This document shows, in pieces, positions 34,017-41,367 of a DNA stretch of 41,367 nucleotides. Origin of the DNA: a virus. Its lineage: Duplodnaviria; Caudoviricetes. The stretch's first letter is position 1, and every line of letters begins with the position of its first letter. Position numbers and translations under genes: made by a program. The notes below the pieces were generated by a model. The model did no database searches and was not told where the DNA came from. It saw only the letters and a list, made by a program, of their open reading frames with translations. Where the stretch lies: the IMG/VR virus record IMGVR_UViG_3300021121_000008, positions 1 to 41,367 of that record; one strand, 5' to 3'.

Positions 34017-35308
34017 GCCTCGACGATGGCTTTTCCGTCGGGGATTTCGCCCTCGCCGTAATGGATGTCGAGTTTTGCGGCCTCGTTCATTTCGCCAACG
34101 AGTTCAACCAGAGAATTGATGTCGGTCGAAACGCCGTCGGGAAGCTCCTCGACGCGCTCTTTGAGGGTTTCAATCGCCTCATCCAAGGTGTCACCACCGG
34201 CCACCAGCCAGCCTATCATGGGGTCGGGTTCGTCTTGGGGCGGGAATACGAGTTGACCGTCGTATTCGCAGCAGTTGCCGCACTTAACCCATTGGCGAAG
34301 TTCGTCGGGAAACGGGACACTGGCCCACGTCGTCGCCTCGCGCTTCAAATTTAGGACGGTTTGGACGGCGTATTTGAACACGGGGATTGGCTCGACGAGT
34401 TCGCCGTGCGCGCCGTGCCAAATAATGTCGCCCCAATTCGAGAAAAGCTCTGCCTCACACTGCGACGGTGGCGACCCATTGCGATGAGTGCAATCAATGT
34501 AAAAAAAGTCGTCCTCGGTAATCCGTATCTCGGTGGAAAACTTGTTTCGGTAACGACGCTCACGCAGAATCGGGGCAACGGCTTCATTGACCTTGCGAAC
34601 TTGCTCAGGCAGTGAATCGTATTCCTGAACGGCGCAGAGGTAGCCACGGTCTTTGCACTCAATGCCGTGAACCGCAAGTTTCGGGAAAAGTCCATCCACA
34701 TTGTAGCCATCATACCCATCTTCGATTTCCGTTTCGATTGTGTCCGCGATGACAAAAGGTATCGCGTCCGCCAGCGGGCCGAATTTCACGCGGAGAAAGT
34801 CGAGCCAGCCGGAATCTTGTTTCGCGTTGCGCCAATGGAAGGTTTCAAAGTCGCCGCGATATTTGGACATTTTAATCCATTTGTCCTCTTTGTCCTTCAA
34901 AAATTCCCCCATCGCGCCGACGCCCCGAACTCGCGTGTGCGGCGGAACGGATAGGCCAACGGTTTTGAGCATGTCCAAGAATTTCTCGCGGTGAATTTCG
35001 AGGCTGTCCGCGCTCCGTGAACCCCAAACGGGTTTGCCAAGCTTTTCCAGATGGAGTTGCAGGCCGGAGAAACCGATGTCGGGAAAGACCCAGAGGTCAG
35101 CCTCGTCCATCACGTCAAACGGGTCGTCGCAGCGAACGATGTCCGCGAATCCGTCGCCAATGATGGAGTCGGCAAGGCGCGGAAAGGCTTTTTCTACCGG
35201 CGTGTGGTAGTAAACCTTCTTGAACTCGCGGGCAAGGCGTTGGCCCCACGGGAGGAACAAGCCGTGGTCTGAAATTAATGCCGTGACTTCTGATGTTGGC
35301 TTATTCAC
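34013..35308 (-). CDS. ATP-grasp ligase, PurD (GAR synthetase)-like
   Basis: VWGS..AD.LE..R......GL.VP, WIK, FYIDCT.R.GSP motifs; coupled to the portal stop. Confidence 0.7.
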   Translation of the reverse strand: MNKPTSEVTALISDHGLFLPWGQRLAREFKKVYYHTPVEKAFPRLADSIIGDGFADIVRCDDPFDVMDEADLWVFPDIGFSGLQLHLEKLGKPVWGSRSADSLEIHREKFLDMLKTVGLSVPPHTRVRGVGAMGEFLKDKEDKWIKMSKYRGDFETFHWRNAKQDSGWLDFLRVKFGPLADAIPFVIADTIETEIEDGYDGYNVDGLFPKLAVHGIECKDRGYLCAVQEYDSLPEQVRKVNEAVAPILRERRYRNKFSTEIRITEDDFFYIDCTHRNGSPPSQCEAELFSNWGDIIWHGAHGELVEPIPVFKYAVQTVLNLKREATTWASVPFPDELRQWVKCGNCCEYDGQLVFPPQDEPDPMIGWLVAGGDTLDEAIETLKERVEELPDGVSTDINSLVELVGEMNEAAKLDIHYGEGEIPDGKAIVEA

Positions 35309-37691
35309 CGTTTAAGGCCCGAAGGCGGCTGTTGACTTGTTCGACCTCGTGACGATGGACGCCGTGAATCACTTCTTGCGCGTGTTTTTCCTGCTTCTGC
35401 TTTTGCTGCTGCTCGAAGGCAATCTGCTTCTGCGCGGTGCGTTCGGCGTGAGACTGCGCGGCGAGTTGTTGCTTCGCCTGCGCGGTCATAATGATAGCCT
35501 GAATCTTGGCTTGGTCTTTCGGGTCGAGTTGTTGGCCCTGTTGCGACTGCTGCTTTTTCTGCATCTCCGCAGCCTGTTGCACCATCTGCTTGACCTTGTT
35601 CATAACCTGATGCAAGGCGTCGGACAACTGTTTGACCTTTTGCTTCGTGGATTTCTCGTCCGCGTGACCTTTGATATGGAAAGTCGTTTCCTGTGCCAAG
35701 GCGGCGATGTGGGGCGTGACACCGTTGCCGCCGGGGACGGGCTGGCCGTCAATCGTCTGACCGGCGAGGTTTTGGATGCCGATGAGTTCTTGCTGGTCAA
35801 CCGGGCGACCACGGGCTTGGATTTGCTGGACGTTCACGGTCAATGCCTTCAACAATTCGGCGGCGTATTCATCGTGGTTGACGCCTTCCTTGAAGTCCAT
35901 CGGCAGACCGGCGACCATCACCGAGGCGGCAAGCTGGGCGTCGTGTTTCGAGCCGGAGACTTTCGGCTGCTCGGGGACAAGGCGGTTCGCCAAGGCGTAG
36001 TCGTCGGTGGTGATGGACAGGCCCATGCGGAGGACTTCTTTCTGCGCGGAGGGGTCGAGGCGCGGGAAATACTGCGCCATGATTTTGTCCATCATGGCGA
36101 CTTGGAGCATTTTGTTACCCCCGGCAATGATGCGGTTCGGCTCAATGTCCCACCGGGCGGAATCCAAGGCACCGAGGGGGACACCCTGCCGGAGACACGC
36201 GGCCCGGAACTTGTTCGCGTCGGTGTCCTGCGATTCGTTGGTCGTCAGGCAGAGGCGGCGGCAAATTTCTTTGTACTGGTATTGCTTGTAAACATATGCC
36301 TGCCCCACCATCGCGGACACCATGCCCGCAGAGTTGGAGAGCTTCGACATCGTGCGGGTCGCTGTTTCGCTGTCGCCGCGCTCGTCGTCGAAAGCGTGGG
36401 TGAAAGCCTCGGAGTTGGTCTGGATGATGCGGTTTTGGACGCCCATCGCCATTTGCACGAGGTTTTTGTCAATCCGCCAGCGTTCTTCCGGCTTCACGAA
36501 GTTGACGCCATCGGGCAGCGGGCGTTTGTCCGTGAGGTCAATTTGCAAGGCGCGTTGCGCGTCACCCATGTTGGAGACGCGGAAGTACTGCATCATGTGC
36601 TCGAATACGGCGTCATTGAATTTGCAGTTGAGCCGGTTTTCGAGGTGGCAGACGGAATAAAGCAGGTAGCCAAGCGAGCGGACGGAATGGTAGCGGAAGG
36701 GCGCGACGGATGAGCAGTCCGCAAACTGGAAATGGACGATGTTCTCGACCGATGGCGCGTAAACCGGGTCGCCGCGCTTGTCGGAGTCGTAGAGGAATTG
36801 GGATTTTTCCATGCCGTACCGCTTGCGGTCTGGCACCATGTCTTTGATGTCCTGCGTGAGCACCCCGCCGACACCCGGAAAGCCCCATGCGTCGAGCACC
36901 ATCTTGCGCCGCCAGCCTTCGCGGCCTTCGGAGTCGTCCCAGTAGAAAAAGTCGTACACGTCAATCGTGGGGACGGCATCGGACGAATACAGGCCGGAGT
37001 CTTGCTTGAGCCGTTCGGACATTTTTTCCGGCGACCAAATTTCCGGCCACTTGTTGCTCAAAGCGACTTGGGCTTGGTTGTCGGCCCATTTGCAGGCGGA
37101 CTCAACGAGGTCAACATTCCAGCCAGCGTCCACGTTGGAGCCGTGCGTCATGCCCCAGAGTTCGCGGACGGTGTAGGAGCGGTACTTGGCGAAGTAGGTC
37201 AGGTTTTCGAGCGAGACAAGGGTGTCGGACGGAATCAGGATGTCCTCAATGCCATCGGCGCGGGGACACCAATGATAGTCGTCCTTCCACGAGGAGGGGC
37301 CGATGCCGTGGAGGACGTTCTGGGCAATCGTGGAGCGTTGGGTTTCCATGAAGAAGCGACTGCCGCGAACGATGCGGTTGGCTTCTTTTGTGATGATTTG
37401 GGAGTATTCCTGACGCTTCCAGGCGGGGCCAAAGTCGCAACTGACGGTGAAAAGCGGGTCGGGTACTACGAGGGCTTGGGTCAACTGGCGGCGGGCGGCG
37501 TGGACAACTTCAGGGCCGTGGAGTGTGTTGACATTGCAGTTGAGCGCATTGTCCTGGACTTCTTGGTCGGTGTACGGCGGTGCGCCGTTCATCAAGTCAT
37601 TCACAAGCGAGCGATTCTCCCCGCGAGGGAAGTCCGCGAGCTTCATATTCCAAACCAAACTCTCGACCCCAGATGAATCTGAAAATTTCAT
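35301..37691 (-). CDS. Portal protein (about 796 aa)
   Basis: Size, helical N-terminus, ETAT motif, Q-rich C-terminal barrel as in P22-like portals; start at MKFSD. Confidence 0.7.
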   Translation of the reverse strand: MKFSDSSGVESLVWNMKLADFPRGENRSLVNDLMNGAPPYTDQEVQDNALNCNVNTLHGPEVVHAARRQLTQALVVPDPLFTVSCDFGPAWKRQEYSQIITKEANRIVRGSRFFMETQRSTIAQNVLHGIGPSSWKDDYHWCPRADGIEDILIPSDTLVSLENLTYFAKYRSYTVRELWGMTHGSNVDAGWNVDLVESACKWADNQAQVALSNKWPEIWSPEKMSERLKQDSGLYSSDAVPTIDVYDFFYWDDSEGREGWRRKMVLDAWGFPGVGGVLTQDIKDMVPDRKRYGMEKSQFLYDSDKRGDPVYAPSVENIVHFQFADCSSVAPFRYHSVRSLGYLLYSVCHLENRLNCKFNDAVFEHMMQYFRVSNMGDAQRALQIDLTDKRPLPDGVNFVKPEERWRIDKNLVQMAMGVQNRIIQTNSEAFTHAFDDERGDSETATRTMSKLSNSAGMVSAMVGQAYVYKQYQYKEICRRLCLTTNESQDTDANKFRAACLRQGVPLGALDSARWDIEPNRIIAGGNKMLQVAMMDKIMAQYFPRLDPSAQKEVLRMGLSITTDDYALANRLVPEQPKVSGSKHDAQLAASVMVAGLPMDFKEGVNHDEYAAELLKALTVNVQQIQARGRPVDQQELIGIQNLAGQTIDGQPVPGGNGVTPHIAALAQETTFHIKGHADEKSTKQKVKQLSDALHQVMNKVKQMVQQAAEMQKKQQSQQGQQLDPKDQAKIQAIIMTAQAKQQLAAQSHAERTAQKQIAFEQQQKQKQEKHAQEVIHGVHRHEVEQVNSRLRALNGE

Positions 37692-37702
37692 ACGCTTACG
37701 GT

Positions 37703-37730
37703 AAACTACCCCATTTCCTCGCGTTGGCAA
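37703..37730 (-). promoter_or_regulatory. Promoter candidate TTGCCA-N16-TAGTTT upstream of portal
   Basis: 11 nt before the proposed portal ATG. Confidence 0.45.
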
Positions 37731-37734
37731 TGTT

Positions 37735-38412
37735 TCATTTGAAACCAAACCGCTTCGGGTCAATCTTGCGCTCGGCCAGAAACGGAAGGGCGCGTTCGTA
37801 GTTGAAAATGTTACCGGCGAGACTGTGGCGGATTTCCGGCTTCTCCCAATACGCTTCGTGCTTCGCGTGGTAGATGACGTTTTCCAGCTTGGTGTCGGGA
37901 TACTGGCCGCTTTCGTCAATGATGACGCGCAAAATGTCTTTCCACCCTTCCCGCGCAAGAATCATAACCGGAAACTTCTTCCGGTTGGCTTTCCACCACT
38001 CCACCGTGAAAGCGTAGAGGTCGGAGCCGCCCAGGGTCGAGCCTTTGCTGATTTCCGTGTCGGGAATCGGCTCCATGAACGGGTCGAAGTCGCGGCGGAA
38101 ACAATACAGGGCCGGGACTTTTTTAAGCCGGGACTTGATTTTCTTCGCGCAGTCGGTCGAGACGGCGGTGTCGGAGTTCGTGAAAACGATGATGTCCTCG
38201 TAAAGCAAACCCTCGGCACCCTTGTCAATCACGTCGCGGACGAAGGGCAGCGTCTTGCGCGGCGGCTCGGTAAACAGGCGCGAAAGCTCGGAGTCCATAA
38301 TCGGACACTCTTTCCAGCCCTGCGATTTCCAAGTGAACGCGGCGACTTGCAGGCGTTTTTTGTCCGAGTCGAGACTCGGTGTGTGGAAACTGTAAACGTG
38401 TAGCATTTTCAT
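37735..38412 (-). CDS. Putative GT-A-fold glycosyltransferase-like protein
   Basis: LPFVRDVID ... IIVFTNSD (DxD-like) ... G.DLYAF ... IYH.KH. Confidence 0.55.
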   Translation of the reverse strand: MKMLHVYSFHTPSLDSDKKRLQVAAFTWKSQGWKECPIMDSELSRLFTEPPRKTLPFVRDVIDKGAEGLLYEDIIVFTNSDTAVSTDCAKKIKSRLKKVPALYCFRRDFDPFMEPIPDTEISKGSTLGGSDLYAFTVEWWKANRKKFPVMILAREGWKDILRVIIDESGQYPDTKLENVIYHAKHEAYWEKPEIRHSLAGNIFNYERALPFLAERKIDPKRFGFK

Positions 38413-38415
38413 AAA

Positions 38416-38865
38416 TTATTTTTGCGCCTCGCAGCGAATCGTTTCAATCTCGTCTTTTTCAATCCCGATTGAACGCCAATGATTATCCAGCGGGCTTCTG
38501 CCAGTCTGGCAGATTTTCGACCGCTCAAAACCAGCCGCCCAAAGCATATAACGAAGCGATGCGGGCGAAAAAACCATTTGATGACCATGCGAAAGAATCA
38601 GGTCTTTTGCATGTTCTCGGTCGTTGATTTTTCCGAGGGACGGGACGCAAATTCTCACCTTGCCTCCGGGCTTCAAAACCCGATGACACTCTTGAAACAG
38701 CCTTAGAATTTCGTGCGTGTTGAAATGCTCGACGCCATGCTCTATGAGCAACGTGTCAACGGACGAGTTTCCAAACCTAAGCGGCTTGGTTACGTCCATG
38801 TCTTGGTCATAATTTTCCCAACCCTCGATTCGATTGGAGCCGCAGCAAAGTTGCACGTTTTTCAT
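38416..38865 (-). CDS. Class I SAM-dependent methyltransferase
   Basis: VQLCCG....GW.NYD, L.F...SVD, H.VEH, ECHRVLKPGG..RI.VP. Confidence 0.85.
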   Translation of the reverse strand: MKNVQLCCGSNRIEGWENYDQDMDVTKPLRFGNSSVDTLLIEHGVEHFNTHEILRLFQECHRVLKPGGKVRICVPSLGKINDREHAKDLILSHGHQMVFSPASLRYMLWAAGFERSKICQTGRSPLDNHWRSIGIEKDEIETIRCEAQK

Positions 38866-39557
38866 ATCAGGCCACTCTCTTTCAAGACTCTCAAATCTTC
38901 TTCGCTGGTTTGCTGGACGTAGAAAACCCGGTCTTTGATGTTGAACGGTCTTTCGCGGTCGTAGCCAAATCGGAACCGTCCAACCATGTCGCTGTCGGTC
39001 CGGCGAAGCCATTCAAATTTAGGCTCGCCAGTGTGCGCATTGGAGGTTTGCGGGTGACTGCCAAAATACTTTGTGACAAAAGTTCTCAGATAAAAATGAC
39101 GAATCAAAAACAATGATTGAGAGCACGCCTGATTAGGCTCGCCGCGATGCCTACGCCCAAAAATCATCCCGCGACTTCCGATCTGGCGATACATTTCGTC
39201 AACATAATTACCAAACGCAAGGCAGTCCTGCTCTTGAAATATCAAATCGGATTCGTTGTTGTAGGCCAGCATCGCTAACGCCAACACAGCCCCAGACCAT
39301 CCGTTGAACTCGTTCTTTTTTATGCCTTTTATCAGGTCGTTATGGTTTCCCAAATCGCCCGAAACAGTTACCGACTCGACCCCCGATTCGGGGAAACGGC
39401 AACCGCCCTGACCGACAACGCAAATGCACTCTGGTTTTGGGGAGGCGAACCGGCGAATGTTTTCAATCCATCTTTTCGCCTGTTTTTTTCTTTCAGCCTC
39501 CGGGGTTTTCGAAGAGTGAAACCAACCGCAGCCAATCATGTATCTTTGGTTGTTCAT
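38862..39557 (-). CDS. Putative glycosyltransferase-like protein
   Basis: LIFQEQDCL (DxD-like after a hydrophobic strand); cluster context. Confidence 0.45.
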   Translation of the reverse strand: MNNQRYMIGCGWFHSSKTPEAERKKQAKRWIENIRRFASPKPECICVVGQGGCRFPESGVESVTVSGDLGNHNDLIKGIKKNEFNGWSGAVLALAMLAYNNESDLIFQEQDCLAFGNYVDEMYRQIGSRGMIFGRRHRGEPNQACSQSLFLIRHFYLRTFVTKYFGSHPQTSNAHTGEPKFEWLRRTDSDMVGRFRFGYDRERPFNIKDRVFYVQQTSEEDLRVLKESGLI

Positions 39558-40408
39558 GTGTTGTAGGCGGATGAAATAAACGCATTAAGTGAGTTCAGCT
39601 TTTTAACGGCTTTTGGATACGGAAAATTTGCGTACAGCCCAACGCTTGATGGCATGGAGCTACCCCAGCCGTCGCCCTTGGTGTAGAAGATTTTTTTGAG
39701 ATTGGGAACTGCCGCCGAAAGATGCAGCGAACTTGTGTCTATACTCACAAGCAATTTTGACACTTCAAACAGCCCCACCATGTCGTAGATTCGTTCGGCT
39801 ACCATGTCGCCGATGTCCACGATAAAAAACTTGTCGCGCCATTTGCTGATGACGTGCTGACACTCCGGCATCGCGGCGAACGGGCTGGAATGACCGTTGA
39901 AGTTGTAGAGCAGGACGGGCAGGTTCTTCTTGTTCTTTTTCAGGACTCGCGCAATCAGGGCTTGCTCGCGCTCGCGGTTGCGTTGGTCGAAAATAAGGGG
40001 CAGCTTGTTCATCAAGTCAATCGGAACGCCGGTTCTGTCCCAGATTGAGGTTTGATAGTTCGGCCACATTTGGAAATTGACCGCCCATTTGTTTTTGCCG
40101 AATACGAGCGTCGGGTCGCCCGCTTGCAGGGGGATGTCCGACCAGTCGCCACCGTCAGCCATCCACCAGCGCAGCACGCGGGCCTCGATGCCTTTTTCTT
40201 TGCAGTATTTTTGCGCCTTGGCGTAATCCGCGCCGGTCTGGTCTTGGATTTGGATGGCGTCAACGTAGGAGCAGCCTTCGTAGATGGATCCGAAGCGTGT
40301 CGAGGTCACGACGATGGGTCGCACTCCGGTTTGGTCGAAGATGTACTTGAAAGCAGGCAGGGCAATAATCGAATCACCGAACCTGCCAAGCAGTAGAAAT
40401 TTGTTCAT
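39554..40408 (-). CDS. GT9-like (heptosyltransferase-type, GT-B) glycosyltransferase
   Basis: LGRFGDSII.LP and LLVSIDTSSLHLSAA motifs. Confidence 0.8.
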   Translation of the reverse strand: MNKFLLLGRFGDSIIALPAFKYIFDQTGVRPIVVTSTRFGSIYEGCSYVDAIQIQDQTGADYAKAQKYCKEKGIEARVLRWWMADGGDWSDIPLQAGDPTLVFGKNKWAVNFQMWPNYQTSIWDRTGVPIDLMNKLPLIFDQRNREREQALIARVLKKNKKNLPVLLYNFNGHSSPFAAMPECQHVISKWRDKFFIVDIGDMVAERIYDMVGLFEVSKLLVSIDTSSLHLSAAVPNLKKIFYTKGDGWGSSMPSSVGLYANFPYPKAVKKLNSLNAFISSAYNT

Positions 40409-40761
40409 CGTAGCCAGCATTTTTCCCAGAGTTTTTGTTTGGATAATTCAGGCATGTGCGCAAGTGCGACATCTTTGGGACACCACACCTTTAAGCGGAC
40501 AGGACAGTCACAGGCATCGCACACGCCAAGTTTTGAGTCGAAAGCAGTGCGAAGGTTTTGACCCCTCACCCAGCCCAAAACGGCTTTGATGGTTTCCGCG
40601 TAGATTCCCCAGCGGGTCGAATATTTCACGTTTTGGTTGTGCGGACACGCCGCGCAGATTTCGGCGCGACTGTTGGCCTCGACCGCGCCCACGGGTTTCA
40701 TTCCGGCCCCGAACCACTCGACGAGTGTCTCGACCCCGACTTTGAAATTTTGCGGAGTCAT
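40405..40761 (-). CDS. Cys-rich Zn-binding phage protein
   Basis: R.EICAACP.N ... C..C.CP...K. Confidence 0.65.
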   Translation of the reverse strand: MTPQNFKVGVETLVEWFGAGMKPVGAVEANSRAEICAACPHNQNVKYSTRWGIYAETIKAVLGWVRGQNLRTAFDSKLGVCDACDCPVRLKVWCPKDVALAHMPELSKQKLWEKCWLR

Positions 40762-40764
40762 GGC

Positions 40765-41091
40765 TTAACGCATCCCGCAACATTTCTTCACGCTCGGCGC
40801 AGTCGAGACTTGCGCAAAATTGCTGGGCAGACTGTCCACCTGCACGACGTAGCTTGACGCTCCGGGTATCCGCGCCACTCGGCGGGCGTTCTGCTCGTCC
40901 ACGACGGTTTCGCAGTCCGTCCATTCGGTCGGTAAACCAAGTTGCGGATTCGCCAGCGAAAACTTTTGGTAGAAGCTCACGGCTTCGTAAAACGACCAGT
41001 AAACCCGCTCAACCTTTGGGACAAGCCCCTTGATGCGGACGATAAACCCGTTGGGCGGGCAGCTTTGTCGGTTGGTGAGTCGGTAGGTCAT
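40765..41091 (-). CDS. Hypothetical protein (108 aa)
   Basis: PPNGF motif, ends KKCCG; coupled ORF. Confidence 0.6.
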   Translation of the reverse strand: MTYRLTNRQSCPPNGFIVRIKGLVPKVERVYWSFYEAVSFYQKFSLANPQLGLPTEWTDCETVVDEQNARRVARIPGASSYVVQVDSLPSNFAQVSTAPSVKKCCGMR

Positions 41092-41261
41092 GCCTTTAGC
41101 TTTTCGTTCATCAGGAAGTCAACCGCACGACCGCAGTCGCCAGGGGCCACGTCACAGGCATGGACAGCGTTGTCGGAGACGACGCCCGCGTCTTGGAGCC
41201 GGTTCATGGCGTCAACGGGGTCGAGCCGGAAACCGGCGATGGCTTTTTCCAGATTGTTCAT
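41088..41261 (-). CDS. Small hypothetical protein (57 aa, MNNLEKAIAGFRLDP...)
   Basis: Manual translation; ATGA overlaps on both sides. Confidence 0.55.
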   Translation of the reverse strand: MNNLEKAIAGFRLDPVDAMNRLQDAGVVSDNAVHACDVAPGDCGRAVDFLMNEKLKA

Positions 41262-41367
41262 TTTTCGACGAAGGCGGGCGTTTCGTTGATGGCTTTCACG
41301 GCGGCGTCAAACCGCTCACGAGTCCAGTCGCGGGTGCCGGATTCCAAAGCGGAGAGCATTGAGATGG
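41258..41367 (-). CDS. 3' end of a possible XRE-type HTH protein (truncated by the window)
   Basis: ISMLSALESGTRDW resembles an XRE recognition helix. Confidence 0.4.
   Translation of the reverse strand, partial: ISMLSALESGTRDWTRERFDAAVKAINETPAFVEK

Noticed and set aside
35337-37676. 458-aa and 314-aa + strand ORFs opposite the portal
   Set aside because: Antisense shadows of a GC3-rich gene; no domain features
37692-37958. 89-aa N-terminal extension of the portal ORF
   Set aside because: Overlaps the upstream gene and a promoter candidate; ATG at 37691 is more plausible
1-41367. tRNA, CRISPR array, diversity-generating retroelement, integrase or att site
   Set aside because: No cloverleaf, repeat-spacer periodicity, reverse transcriptase or recombinase motifs seen by eye; tRNAscan and repeat finders were not run

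Overview
The window is part of a tailed dsDNA phage genome with podovirus-like organisation. No host genes, integrase, RNA genes or CRISPR array are visible. Positions 1-6.7 kb (+) carry an early/recombination operon: ERF-like annealing protein, YqaJ exonuclease, SSB-like protein, many small ORFs, a RusA-like resolvase and a wHTH protein. Positions 6.7-41.4 kb are mostly (-) strand late genes: membrane/lysis genes, a signal-peptide SGNH spike-like protein, major capsid protein, three ejection-type proteins, adaptor, Fn3 protein, nozzle-like protein, scaffold, a PurD-like ATP-grasp enzyme, portal, and a glycosyltransferase/methyltransferase cluster. The large terminase sits alone on the + strand. 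The main observation is that the terminase intein has no recognisable in-frame endonuclease. Instead it carries a complete zinc-finger + Vsr/DUF559-type endonuclease gene in the +1 frame, preceded by its own TTGACA promoter candidate inside the intein coding sequence. A second dual-coding locus appears to split the RusA resolvase fold across two overlapping frames. Other points of interest are secreted Thr-Asn-rich virion-like proteins, virion-modification-like enzymes flanking the portal, and a hairpin-dense capsid leader. Family assignments come from motif recognition by eye, not database searches. A Verrucomicrobiota host is only an inference.
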